Shown in pieces: positions 1-12,970 of a stretch of 64,000 nucleotides of DNA; the first letter of the stretch is position 1, and each line of letters starts with the position of its first letter. The notes beneath the pieces were generated by a model that saw only the letters and a program-made list of their open reading frames with translations, made no database searches and was not told the DNA's origin. Position numbers and translations under genes: made by a program. The stretch spans positions 22,258,001 to 22,322,000 of the forward strand of contig NC_043003.1 of NCBI RefSeq assembly GCF_006345805.1. Direction: 5' to 3'. Origin of the DNA: Octopus sinensis. Taxonomy: Eukaryota.

Positions 1-201
1 TTTCAGCCACATGCTCTGCCCATCTTGCTATGGTGTGTGATTTTATGTATTCTAAAATTGTTAGTGTTAGTGAGATTACAATTTTTCCAACCAATAATCT
101 TAACTTTAGAAATGTAAGCCTTTTCGATGTTCATAATTCACAAGGGGAGTGGATTGGCAGAATTGTTAGAGCATTGGCATTGATGTGGTATTTAGTTACA
201 G

Positions 202-432
202 AAGGCGGTGAGCTGGCAGAAACGTTAGCATGCCGGTTAAAATGCTTTGCTGTATTTCGTCTGCCACTACGTTCGGAGTTCAAATTCCGCCAAGGTTGAC
301 TTTGCCTTTCATCCTCTCGGGGTTGATTAAATAAGTACCAGTTACGCACTGGTGTCGATATAATCAACTTAATCCATTTGTCTGTCCTTGTTTGTCCCCT
401 CTGTTCAGCCCCTTGTGGGCAGTAAAGAAATA
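202..432 (+). mobile_element. tRNA-derived SINE family A, young subtype with a 15-bp TSD; many family-A copies elsewhere (e.g. 1290-1480, 1740-1945, 2310-2530, 16222-16430, 19160-19385, 22800-23340, 39070-39250, 39455-39575, 50830-51730, 53990-54430)
   Basis: A box TGGCAGAAACGTTAG, B box GAGTTCAAATTCC, central CTTTGCCTTTCATCC...GATAAAATAAGTACCAG domain. TSD GGTATTTAGTTACAG at 187-201 and 433-447. Confidence 0.9.
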
Positions 433-1049
433 GGTATTTAGTTACAGTGTTTTATGTTCTGTGTTCAAATTCTGCTGGGGTTGACTTTGCTTTTTATCCA
501 TTCATTGTCAGTAAAAGTTACAAACCAAGTGTTGGAATTGATGTAACCAACTATAATTTGTATCTTACATTGAGACTTTATTCTGGTCGTATATCTAGTG
601 AATAATAATATTACCTTTTGTTTAGAAATAAAAGTTGTTCAAATCCAGTCTGGGTCAGTACACATCCAAGAATAACGCATGCACATACACGTGGCAGGCT
701 TCTTTCAGTTTCTGGTGACCAAATCTACTTGTAAAGCTTTGACTGGACTGGGTCTGTAGTAGTAAACATTTGCCGAAGATGCTATACCATGGGATTGAAC
801 CCACAACCACATGGTTAGGAAGCAAGCTTCTTAACCATACTGCTATGCTTGAGTATCTTTTTGAACAAACGAAAAAAAAGACTCTTCAGTTCCTTAGTGT
901 TCTTTTTTTTTTCTTTTTTTCAGCTGATTGCATAAATAGTGAAATTTGAAACCATTTTGTACTGCAAACAAATTATTTTTTAAAAAATATGTAAACAGGA
1001 AATAAAGACTGAAATGTAATTCAAATTATTTATCCTTCTATCTTTGCAG

Positions 1050-1088
1050 GACTTGTGAAGAGATGAAAGACAGACCATTCTGTTATTG
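1050..1088 (+). other. Candidate 39-nt exon, probably 5' UTR or from an unidentified upstream part of the transcript
   Basis: Strong acceptor tatccttctatctttgcag and donor TTG|gtaagt around a unique 39-nt segment. Only one frame is open (TCEEMKDRPFCY); no homology recognised. Confidence 0.35.
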
Positions 1089-1958
1089 GTAAGTTTTAAT
1101 GATGTCGTTTAATTATGGTTGAGAGAGAGAGAGAGACAAGTTTGTGTGAAGACTTCAAGTTAAAAAATTTTATGATACCATTCAAATGAAGTACAAACGT
1201 ACTTTAAATAGTTTTCTATCTTAGAATTTTATTTATTTTAAAGAAAAATTATGTTAAGCATAAATTAGCTTTTATTATTATTATTGATGAGTTGGCAGAA
1301 ATGCTAGCATACTGGTAAAAATGCTTAGTGGCATTTTCTCTGACTTTACGTTATGAGTTCAAATTTGACTTTCATCCTGTTGGAGTTGGCAAATTAAGTA
1401 TCAGTTGAGCACTGGGATCAATGTAGTTGCCTTACTCCCTCCCCCGAAATTACTGGCCTTGTGCTAAAATTTGAAATCATCATTATTATTATTCCAGTAG
1501 TGAACCTACAGAATTGTTAGCACTTAGCTGCATCATTTCATCTAGGTCTGTCTTTACATTCTGAGCTCAAACCTCACTGATGTCAACTTTTTTCATTCTT
1601 GCTGGGTCAATAAAATAAAGCACCAAAGAGCTGGGACCAATGTAATCAACTTGCTTCTCTCCTAAAAAATTGCTGACCTTGTGCCAAGATGTGAAATAAT
1701 AATAATAATAATATAATAATAACAATAATAATAATTTCTGCTATAGGCACAAGGCCTGAAAATTTTTTTGTGGGGCTACTTGATAACATTGACCCAAGTG
1801 ATGAACTGGTGTTAATTTGATTGACCTCATATGGATGAAAAGCGAAGTTGATCTCAGCAGTATTTGAACTCAGAACGTAAAAATACATGAAGCACTACTA
1901 AGCATTTTGGCTAGCATGCTAATGATTCTGTCAGCTTGCCACCATATTAGAGAGCACT

Positions 1959-2307
1959 CACCTCTGCCAAGGCAACACCAACATCCTCTCAACGATTAGC
2001 TGGAGATGATTTTTCAAATGAGAATATCTGATATAAACTTGACTGCTCTCACAAATGAGAATACTAAAAACAAACCTGACCGCTCTCAAAAATTAAGTAA
2101 AAAACCAGGAAAATAATCCAGAATCCTTGTCCTGTACTGGATTGATCCCTAAATCTAATCAGCTCATGCCAGTCATGAGGCCAAACGTCTCTGAATGTTT
2201 CATCCGAATCCATCCAGCAGTTCTTGAGATATCTTGTCCATGGTCAAACAAACAAACAAACATGACTGAAAACAATACCTCTGCCTTCGCTAAGTCGAAT
2301 GTAATAA
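1959..2307. mobile_element. Second copy of the foldback element, left arm largely deleted
   Basis: Spacer and right arm align to 18852-19160. The left arm is reduced to CACCTCTGCCAAGGCA...GATTAG. Confidence 0.8.
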
Positions 2308-3016
2308 TAATGGTTTCAAATTTTGCCACAAGGGCAGTCATTTTTGTGGAGAGGATGTGTCGATTACATCGACCCCAGTGTTCAACTGGTACTTAGTTTA
2401 TCGACCCAGAAAGGGATAAAAGGCAAAGTTGACCTTAGTGGAATTTGAACTCAGAACATAGTGATAGGCAAAATACCACTAAGGATTTCATCCAGTGTGC
2501 TAACAATTCTGTCAGCTCACCACCTTAATAATAATAATTATTATTATTACTACTGTGTTATTGTTATTTCAGTGGTCGTATTTTTATTGCATTCTTTCAC
2601 TGTATTTTTGAATGCAGCTCTGTGTGCCTTGGGTATATGCAATGTGCTTTTGTTTCTGTATTTTGCTTTTGTATTGAAAGTACTGTATGTAATGTGTGCA
2701 AGCCTTATAGTGCTTATTTTCTGTATATTGTGCATATTTGTAAATCTTGAAATTTTGGTTAAGTATTTGTTTGCATCTGCTTTTTCTTTTGTTAAACCAT
2801 TCCCATGGCACCGGTATTGAATGAATTGTTTCTGTGTTCAATCTTCACATTGTTGGTATGATTATTTCCAGATTTTTGTATTTGGATAAGTGGAGAAGTT
2901 TAAGTATCTCAGGGCTGTAATTCATGAGTGATGGGGAGCAAGAGGTGGAGTTGGATGGTATTATTGCAGATGCTGGCATGGTAATGTACCAGCTCTAGCA
3001 TTTAATCCTCAGAAGA

Positions 3017-3093
3017 GAGGTTGGTGAAAAACCAGACTCGAGGTTGGTGAAAAACCAGACTCGAGGTTGGTGAAAAACCAGACTTGAGGTTGG
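3017..3093. repeat. 23-bp tandem repeat x3.3
   Basis: GAGGTTGGTGAAAAACCAGACTC repeated almost perfectly. Confidence 0.95.
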
Positions 3094-3697
3094 TTTTCAT
3101 ACCCATCCTCATGTATGTATGTATGTTGGTTAATAACTGAAAGAATACGATAAAAAATACAAGTGACCGAAATGGGGTTCATTTGAAGGATCTCTGGAGT
3201 AATGTTACTCAACAGAGTGCATACCTTTGATGTCGGGGAGTCTCTCCAATTTGAGCCACTACTTCTCCACATTGAGCGGTCAAAGCTCTTCTGTTTTAAC
3301 CCATTGAAATTCAGATTTCTCTGTCAAATGTAATGCTTATTTATTCACATTACTTTGAATTAATCATGCATTATCTGATAGCTTCAAAATTTTGAAGCTA
3401 CAAGATAGTATTATATTATTGGGTGTTGAATATACAGTGTCTGTGTTGTGTTATACTACTGTTCTTTAGCTCCAGGTAAATACACATATATACATGCATA
3501 CATACAGATACATGTACTAAAAATATATTCCATTCATGATTATTCCATCATTTCCTTATGTGCAAAAAACCCAGTCCCATTATCTTGAGCCTTTTCTCAA
3601 GATAGTAAGATGTGGTTTCTAGTAGGTAGAGAGGTCCTAGATACCAACACCTAACTCTTAATTTGTTCCTATAGTCATAATTTTCTAACCCTCCCTT

Positions 3698-3732
<35 letters not shown>

Positions 3733-4902
3733 CTATGTGTGTGTGTCTTTGTTTGTTTCCCCATCAACACTTGACAACTGGTGTCCCTGTAACTTACCAG
3801 TTCGGCAAAAGAGACTGATAGAATAAGTACTAGGCTTAACAGAAAAATAAAAATCCTGGAGTTGATTTGTTCGAGTAAAACCCTTCAAGGTGGTGCTCCA
3901 GCATGGCCGCAGTCAAAATGACTGAAACAAGTAAAAATGTAAAAGAATAAAACAACACACACTCACATACAAACTCCCAGTTATTATAAATAAAGGTCAA
4001 AGATAAAGCTCCTTTCCAAATCATATTAACTCAAAGGGCTGGTTTCTTTCCTGGTTTCTGTGGTGCATGAATTCCCCTCAGAATTGGACATCAGTCTGTT
4101 GCAGAATTACTCAGTTTTGCAGGGCTGTGTGGACTGGAGTTATGGGAAATGGAAGTGTTTTGTCCAAGAATACAATGCATCACCCAGTCCAGGAATTGAA
4201 AGCATATTCTTGAGATTGTGAGTTTAACACTCTAATCACTAAGCCATGCATCTCCACTGTTATTATAAATACACATGTATTTGTGCACAGATATGTCTGT
4301 CTGTTTGTCACTCTGCCTCTGTCTCTTCTCTTGACTTTGACTTTTAAACCAAATTGAAACCTGTCAGGAGAAATTTGTCTAAATCACTTGGCATTTTATG
4401 CAACCGTTTATTGTCAAGCTTTATCCAACCCATCATCTCTGTTTCTCCCTCCCTCTCTATATCTCTCTCCCTCCCCCCGTCTCTCTCTCTCTCTCAGTCT
4501 CTGCTATTGTGGTTGTAAAGTAGTTGAAACTAATTTGTAAAAGTTTAACCTTTTCTGTTATTCATGCCTTTAACACTACTGGAAGGAATACACTCCTCGC
4601 CTGACTCCACCATCACCTGCTCTCCCCAAAACAAAATAAACGGAAAATTTTTTTTTTTATTTAGCATATTCAACTGAACAACTTTGTTGTTGTTGTTGAT
4701 GTTGATGTTTTAGATTTATTGTTTTAGATATTTCTTGCTAAAACTGGGTGGGATTTTGTATCATTTTTTTTTTTGAAATTTCTTTTTCCAATTTGGGTAT
4801 TTGCATAGTATTATCAGAACAATTGTATTATAGCTAAATGTTTTAGGATTGCTTTTCCTGTCAATAGGTTACACTTTTCTGCTATTAGCTGAATGGCTTT
4901 AA

Positions 4903-5213
4903 CCCTTATGATATCAACCCTCCTGAGATCACACCAGGTTTATGATACAAACTTCCTGTTTTAAAATGATCTAAATTAAAAGCTTCCTTCGAAAGTTCGT
5001 GTTAATTAATGTTCTAGCCACCTCCTGTTCTGTGATATACAGTTCCTATTTTAAAGTAATCTAAAACTAAAACCTTCCATTGAAATTTTCATGTTGAATT
5101 ATGTTCCGAACACCTGCTTAGTAAAATCTGTTGTTTTTACTAAATTCTCATAATTTTCAAAATTAATTAAAACAAAGGCAACATATTTTAAAAGAAATAT
5201 GATAATGAAAGGG
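4903..5213. mobile_element. Second piggyBac-like MITE family with an internal ~90-bp duplication; related copy ~18275-18500
   Basis: TTAA-CCCTTATGATATC ... GATAATGAAAGGG-TTAA. The internal segment near 4945 is repeated near 5036. Confidence 0.6.
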
Positions 5214-5485
5214 TTAAAACAGTAGGAAAAGAAAATATAAACTCCAAAAAACATTGCCCCCTTCTCTTTATTCCTGAATATCAGCAGCAACAGTAAGAAA
5301 AATGAACCATTTAATTCTGAAGAGTGGAACCTGTTATCAGTCATTCAGACTGTGGCAAATAGAGATATGGAGATCAGGGATATACAGCATAATAAAACAG
5401 CATGTTGCCATATTTGATGTTTTAAAAAAAACAAAACTTTTTTATATCTTAGATATACTTAAAATCATGAGGCTTTTTTTTTTTG

Positions 5486-5872
5486 AGAAGGACTGTGAGA
5501 GCAGTGGTGAGAGAGATGTTTAGCGTGAGGCTGTTTGATAAGAAGAGGACTGAGGACTTGATGGGGATGCTGGGGTTGGAGGAATCAGTGGAATGGCTGG
5601 CATGGGTGAATGGAGTGCAGTGGAATGGGCATGTGTTGAGGAGGGACAAGGAGCATGTTTGAAGAGGCTGTTAGAATTTGAGGTAAATGGACAGCGAAAG
5701 TGAGGTAGACCAAGGAAAATGTGGAGAGGGCAGGTGGAGGGGGAGATTGAGAGGGTTGGCTTGAGAAGGTTGGCGAGATGGTGTGAGGTGGTTGCTATGG
5801 CATTGAGATAGATCTGCTCACTCCTGTTAACTGGGACAAAACCCGGATTTAAAATGATGGATGATGATGATA
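5486..5872 (+). mobile_element. 5'-truncated RTE-clade LINE, 3' end
   Basis: Degenerate translation ...W-x-GHVLRRDKEH...LLEFEVNGQRK.GRPRKMW..., typical of the RTE C-terminus, followed by a (GAT)n tail. Confidence 0.75.
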
Positions 5873-6103
5873 TACTTATAAAAAGGAAGTTTGTATGTTG
5901 ATCACTAATAGCATTAAATAAAATCGGTAATAATTAAGGGTTTTTTGTGTTTTCTTCTAATCTGACCTCCAACATGCTTGCTGTGGACTTATTTTTTTCT
6001 GAAACTGGTTTGTAGGGGTGGTGATAGTGGTTGAGAAATTACCTTTACAATTTGAAGTTCGACTGTGTGGAAGTTGTAAAGATAATTTATGAACATCTTG
6101 CAT

Positions 6104-6169
<66 letters not shown>

Positions 6170-6243
6170 GAAATTTACAAAAAAACAAAAGATGAAGACA
6201 GGTGTAGAAACAACAAGGTGTATTGGTTTGATGTTTGAGAAAG

Positions 6244-6283
6244 TTTTTTACGTTTCGAGCCTACGCTCTTTCAACAGAAAGGA
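6244..6283 (-). ncRNA. Variant minimal hammerhead-like motif in a Penelope-like remnant (~6166-6350)
   Basis: Minus strand: TTT-CTGTTGA-AA-GAGC-GTAG-GCTC-GAAA-CG-TA-AAA. Perfect 4-bp stem II and ACGT palindrome, but the core has T in place of the conserved A6. Confidence 0.4.
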
Positions 6284-7202
6284 ACACGATGAAGTAAACT
6301 GAGAAAGAATAAAAAAACTTGTGGATTTAGTGATCAATATTTTCAAGCTGTTGTGGAAAGAGAGGGCTACATATAGATTTGGACATGGAAGTGAAATCTT
6401 GTCAGTCAGGTAGGCTGTCTGTAAGGAGATTTACATACTTTGTCAAGAAATGTAATAAGATGATTGTAGTAGAGACAAAACTTATTACATTGTGGTCCAT
6501 TGTTTGACAGCTTAAATTTACCATCATTGTATCCCCTTTTTTCATGAGTTGATTAGTCTGAGGAAGGGCAGGTGAGTGCCTGATAACTTTTGCAACCCTT
6601 TCCTGACCAGTGAAGTCAATGTGATTGATGTTCATTATTTATTTACATTTTTGACATACAGCGGTTTTGAAGTTAAGATATTGCACTTATATTGGCCACT
6701 TGGTTATCAGTTCATTTAAAATCTTCTAGTATGTGTTGTGCTCATTAAGTATACAGGGCACCTAACTCTTGTTTTGGTTTACCTGGCAGAACAAAAAATA
6801 AGATTTTCCTCTTTCATAGTTAAAGGGTTATATTTTATAATGGCTTGGATAGAGGAGGAAGAGAAGTGCTGGCTGTCTGTGTCAGTAACTACTTTACAGG
6901 GCTTCCGAGACTGGTGAGAGTAAATAAGAGGAATTTAGTGTCCAAGTGGAGACCTGAACATTTGAAAAAGAGTGGACTTTACTAAAGGCCCTTTCGGAAC
7001 AGACAGGGTGGTGGCAGCGGTGATAAGATGTGGAGGCCACAGAATATTGCATTAAGAAAAGTTCATCCTATATGTATAAGAATGAAAAATAAAATTGATG
7101 TGTCACACTAAATCTGATCCTTCTAACAAACAACCAGCTTTCCTATCAGCTGTTATTAAAGCATTCTGAGATTACATGTTCAGTGTTGCCATGATTGGGG
7201 TG

Positions 7203-7258
<56 letters not shown>

Positions 7259-7559
7259 CAGTTTCAAATGTTGGGTTTTCCACTCCTCATGACACGTTCA
7301 CTGTACTCTCTCTCTATCTCTCTCAATGTATATATGTTGGAAAACCCAACATTTCAGACTGAAGGAAAAATTCAAAGAGAAATTGATGAGAGACAGCAGA
7401 GTTTTACATCCTCTAAGTTTTAAAAAAGTGGCTGCAGCTACACACACGCAGTCAGTCAGTCAGTTATTTAAAACCAAGGTTTCATGTCATTTCCACTCTG
7501 AGTTTCTCCATTTCCAGTTTTCCCAATAAATAAATTAAAATATTAAAATATGAGAAGTC

Positions 7560-8460
7560 TTGTGATGATATTCATTTATTTGCCGTTGGTCACTTGGTTT
7601 TGGTGTTACATGACAAGCTATTAATATTTTCACAAACTCTATTTCTATCCTGTTGCTAATGGTAGTGAGCAGTCTGTAGTTGCTCAGCATGTCATCTTGA
7701 CAAGGATTGCTACAGTAATAATTGCAAATGTGATATTTGGCACTGATCTATTTCACTATATCAAGGATGTTGTCCTATTTCTAATTGAAAGTACATTAAA
7801 AGATGCATATTTTTGTGTCTGAATTTTGATACTGTCTCTTGCTTTTTGCTCTGTTCAGCATCTCAAAAGGTTGTCTGGATATTATATTTTTCATTCAGAC
7901 TGAGTAAGAATCATTTTGATCTGCTGATGTTAGACGACAGAGGATACAATTTTGACAATGGATCAAAATATACTGGTGTCATTGATTACTTTTCCTTTAG
8001 GTTCCAGATATACTAGGGATATGATGTAGTTTCTTTTATATCTGGATCTGAAGGAATGGTTATACTGAGTATGTTCTTGAAAATATTTTCCAGGAGACTC
8101 ATAATTTTTCTCATTACTTTGGCTTGATATATTAGTGCAGTTGTTAAACACATCACTGAGTATACAGGATTGCACTGTTACTGCAGTTTCCATATCCAGA
8201 AACCAGACACCCAACTGATTGACGTAAAGTCCCTCACAGACATTCTTCAGCCTTTGGCTTGCAGGCACACCGATTCTTCTTGCTGCCTTTTCTACCACTA
8301 CTGTAATGGTCTTTGATCCTTGGGGACCACCTGGGCTTATGCAGCCTCCACTCAAGTGCTGTCTCACTCATATATCTCTCCCCTTTCATCTGTGTTGTCC
8401 AACTGTCCAAGTCCTGCACTAACTACATCTGGGCCTTCCTTCTCAGAATGCTGGTCCTCT
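7560..8460 (-). pseudogene. Highly degenerate LINE-like coding remnant
   Basis: Broken minus-strand frames, including SNYRLLTTIS...KIL, which resembles the RT NYRPI motif. Many stops. Confidence 0.3.
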
Positions 8461-8466
8461 AGAATA

Positions 8467-9740
8467 TTGGGTTGTCCGGAAAGTTTGTGCCAATTTATAG
8501 TAGCTTACCATTCGACTTATTTTAGAACATGGTTCAGTCCATAAAATAGGATTTGACTACACCTCCATTTAGAGCACAGTTTAAGCTATCTTTTCGTGGG
8601 AGAAGGTTTATGTTCCTATAACCTGTGTTAATTCTGTAATCATTTAAAATGGAAGATATGAAAGTTCATTTTCGGCACTTGATGCTTTTCTTTTTCCATA
8701 AAGAGAAAAATGCCTCACAAGCAACCAAAGAAATATGTGCAGTTTATGGTGATGTTTCTTTATCCGAAAGAACTGTATGGACGTGGTTCGCAAGGTTCCG
8801 AGCTGGAGATTGTAGCCTTATTGATAAAGAGCGATCAGGCAGACCATCCACTACAGATGATGACCAAATCAAGTCACTAATTGAGAATAACCCACATTGC
8901 ACAACCCGAGAATTGGCAGAAAGCCTCAACCTATCAAAATCCGTCGTTCATGAGCACCTGGTAAAGCTTGGGTACACATATTGCTACAATTTTTGGGTAC
9001 CACATGAGTTGAGTGAGAAGAACCTTTGGGATCGCATTTCCATCTGTGATTCGCTTTATAAACGTAATGAAAATGCGCCTTTTTTAAAGCAAATTGTGAT
9101 AGGTGATGGATTATCTACTGAAATGTTCAGAGAAAGCGATCCTGGAGTAAGCGACATGAGCCACCCATAGCCACCTCAAAAGCGGGTCTTCACCCTAAAA
9201 AAGTCTTGCTTTGTGTCTGGTGGGATTGGAAAGGAATTCTGTACTATGAGCTTCTCCCAGGTAACCAGACAATTTATTCTGAGAAATACTGCACACAACT
9301 GGAGGAGTTAAAAGCAGCATTTCAAGAGAAACGTCCAGAATTGGCCAACAGGAAGGGTGTTGTTTTCCAACATGATAATGCAAGACCGCATGTTTCTTTG
9401 GGAACCAGACAAAAATTGCTGCAGCTCGGCTGGGATGTGTTGCTCCACCCTCCATATTCACCAGATATTGCTCCTTCGGATTTCCACTTATTCAGGTCTC
9501 TGCAGAATAGTCTTAATGGTACAAATTTCAATTCCTTGGATGACATAAAAAGATATCTTGATGAATTCTTTGCCATGAAACCACCTCAATTCTGGGAAGA
9601 GGGTATTTTCAAGTTAAAGGAAAGATGGAGACGCATTGTGCCACAAAATGGTTCATATTTGGTTGATTAAAAATGTAATGGCAAATATTTGATCTTTTTC
9701 TTTCCTTTAAAAATTGGCACAAACTTTCTGGACAATCCAA
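8467..9740 (+). mobile_element. Full-length mariner transposon (mellifera-subfamily-like), transposase pseudogenised
   Basis: ~30-bp TIRs (TTGGGTTGTCCGGAAAGTTTGTGCCAATTT at left; reverse complement of the right end TTGGATTGTCCAGAAAGTTTGTGCCAATTT), with TA on both sides; 1,274 bp. ORF pieces 8649-9170 and 9206-9670 carry WVPHEL, HDNARPH and YSPDIAPSDFHLF (DD34D-type motifs). There is a frameshift and a stop near 9105-9122 in the GDEKW region. Confidence 0.95.
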
Positions 9741-9819
9741 TATATATGCACATGTGTGTGATAAGTGTATGTATGTGCATCAAAAAAGAAAAGGTATAAA
9801 AACAGTAGTTTCCATAATT

Positions 9820-9851
<32 letters not shown>

Positions 9852-10134
9852 AAACAGCAATCAGGCACAAAAGCAGCAGCAGCAGCAACCCAAAACAAGA
9901 CAAAAAGACTTGTTTGACAAAATACAACATAATGTAGTCCTCGACTGAAAAGTGTCTTGTTAATTTCTTTCTTCGTTATGTTACGTAGACAGAATTAGAA
10001 ATTAACTGTCTCAGAGTGCTCTGAACGCTTCCAGATGCTGGCACTTTGTTTGTAATATTAAAATAATAGACAAAGGAAGAATATGGAGAAGAGAGTGCCT
10101 CTGTTTATTCATGTGTGTGTTTGAGTGGATATTA

Positions 10135-10180
<46 letters not shown>

Positions 10181-11991
10181 ATAATTGTATTTGTATGTTT
10201 GTATTTTATGTTTGAGTGTGTTTTGTGCTTGTATGTGTATAGTGTGCGTGAATGAGAAACAATCTGTGTGTTCATGTGTGCGTGTGGGTGAGTATATATT
10301 AATGTATCTGCGTTATTATATTTTTGTTGTATGTTTGTGTTCATGTTAAGTGAATGTGTTTGTCTCTTTGACTATGTGTGTGTGTGTGTGTGTGTGTATG
10401 TGTGTTTTCATAAAAAGACATAGTCAAGAGAAAACAAAAACCCAAGACCAAATGGTGAACAGAAAACATCTTGACAGTTTATTTCAAAGAGTATGAAATA
10501 ATTTCCGAAGATAAGAATGTCAGATGAAAATGGTGGCGGGTGAGGGTTGTTGCAGAGGTGCTGGCTTTGGTGGTGGTGGTGGTGGTAGAAGACAAAAAAG
10601 ACTCAAAAGAACCAAACTCAGCCAATAAACAAATACAGTGGTGACTGGTTGATTGTATTTTTCCTTTTTGTTCTTTCTTTTTTGCTGAAACAAAATACAA
10701 TTGTTTTCAGCAAATTTTCCAAATTCTTGTATTATTTTCCGTTTTCATTCCAATATTTATTTTATAAATTTGTCTGTATTTATATTTCATACATTTAAAT
10801 ATATTTGTTTTTCCGCATTTTTCATTTTTTTTCCCTTAATATTTTCTTTTTTATTTTTGTCAATATAATTGTTCTGCTTGGCTTATACATACACACACAC
10901 ACATATGTATGTGTGTATATATGCTGTTTATTCTCCTTCGTCTGTTACTAATTAATTGCTTATGTTGTTAGAAGAAAATGATTTCTTTCATATTTATTAT
11001 TACATATAAAGGCACTGGCTTGGATGTGTGATTAAAGAGTTTATTTTTTTCCAACCATCTGGTTTCTGGTTCAGTTTGGCTGCCTGGTACTTTGAGCAAG
11101 TGTCTTGTCTTTTACTCTAGCCCTGACTCTGAAAGCAATGTGAGGGGATTTGGCTGACAAAAATTGAAAGAAGCCCATTGTATATGTGTTTGTGTGTGTC
11201 CTATTACAGTAGGACAAAATTTATCATGTTTACTCTCAACACACACACACACACACACACACAACTGGTCTTTTTGTAAAAGTATATTTTGGTTGTGTGT
11301 GTTTGTGACTATATGTTTGAGGCTTACTCTCTTTAGTTCTGTCCGCCTTCTCCCCTACTCTCTCTTTCTTTCTCTCTCTCTCTCTTTCTCTCTCTGAAGC
11401 CTTTACTATATTTTATATTATTTGGGATAAGTTCCCCCCCCCCCGGGTCATTTTGGTTTATCTCCAACCATTGTCACTTGCCTACCCATCAGCAATAACC
11501 ATCACCACCATTGCTATCCTTAACCTTTCCATTGTTATTTGGTATCTAGTGGCTCAGGTATCTTACTAATTTAGGAGACATTTATTAGTTGGCTCCCAGT
11601 TCTTGTGCTTGTTCTTCTCCTAGAGTAAGAAATCCTATCCTTTAAAATGTCAACTACAGCCATACATCATGAAGATAAGCCTGGTTTCCTTATCTATGTC
11701 GGTGTCATTATCCAACTTGCACCCCACTGAATAATCTTTTGATGACATGCAGTGTTAATATTAAGGTTAAGCTCTCCTGGGTAGTCATACCGTTATATGA
11801 GCTGCCATTATAAAGTTCCCTTCTATACTGCATAATGATATTTTCCTTATCGATAGATATCTATTTCATGTGACACTTACTCCAAAGCTGGTGGTGTAAA
11901 AAAAATTTTTTTTTAAATGTAGAGCAAAATATGTATACACCAATTTTTCTTCCCTTCTTTCATGTAAAATAATCTTTGAATGCTTTGAATA

Positions 11992-12507
11992 CTGTAAATC
12001 TTCGAGTATAATCTGCATTTTTTCCCCAAAATTTAAAGGTCAAAATCCCTAGTGCATACTATATATGAGGTTAAAAATGAAAAATATTTTCTAAGCAATG
12101 TCCAAGTTTCTATTTGCTGTCCGGCAATGTTTATTCAGATACATTTTGTGATGTCGGGCGCGAAAATACCTTAAGCTAAGCCTGAAAGTCATAACAGAAT
12201 CATCCATAACTTGCAATAAGCAACATTTATTAAAATAAAAGTATTCAGAACACAGAATAATATGTAACAAAAACAATTTGCAAACATATTTACATTCCCA
12301 TATAACAGTTAAGAACATCACCATTATTGTTTTATGCATGCGCAGAAGTGTTTGTTCGACTAGGTGCTGCTGGCTTAATTACGCACGACTCAAGTTAGAA
12401 AAGAGGGTGCGTATTATACACAAAATTTAGGTTTTTCAGAAGTACAGCCCCCTAAAAATCCCCCTGCATATTATACTCAAGGGCGGACTATACTCGAGGA
12501 TTTACGG
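11992..12507. mobile_element. Non-autonomous pogo/Tigger-like MITE, copy 1
   Basis: TIRs TA-CTGTAAATCTTCGAGTATA ... TATACTCGAGGATTTACGG-TA; 516 bp; no ORF. Confidence 0.8.
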
Positions 12508-12539
12508 TAACTTTAAAGCTCAAAATTAACTTCAAACCA

Positions 12540-12970
12540 TCAATGTGGAAGATGCATCTTTATGGCTGAGCTGAAATGCATCATCAGTGAGGTGAGCCAG
12601 TGTCATCAGGTGTTTTGAGTATTTTTGAGTATTTCAACATCAAACATTCTTACTCAGGTAACCCAGCTAGGGTTGATCAAATCCTGACTTGTGTCCCCCA
12701 GCAGCAAACAGTCCATAGATCACACAGATCAACCTTCCTAATCCAATCTCACCTAGCTTCAAGTATTTCCAGGTAACCCAGCTGAATTTGACCAAATCCC
12801 AACTGGTGCCCCAGCAACAACAGTCCAGTCCATGGATCAGTTCCCTCTTCATCCAAAGCCACCTGGCACCTTTCTCTGCAGCTTCACTTATAGACTGAAT
12901 AACTCTCTTCTTTGTCACTTTTGTAAAGCCCAATTGGTCGAGACTTTTGCAGAGTGAGTGCCCCACAAAA
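12540..12970 (-). mobile_element. 3' remnant of a HERO-like (RLE-type) non-LTR retrotransposon
   Basis: Minus-strand FVGHSLCKSLDQLG...ISEAAEKGARWLWMKR resembles the C-terminus of HERO-clade ORFs as I recall them. The 3' UTR has a ~115-bp-period duplication (CAGGTAACCCAGCT at 12655 and 12770). Confidence 0.65.

Noticed and set aside
12575-12612. Two CTGATGA motifs (minus strand) in the HERO-like 3' UTR as a hammerhead
   Set aside because: No downstream stem II plus GAAA and NUH arrangement could be built.
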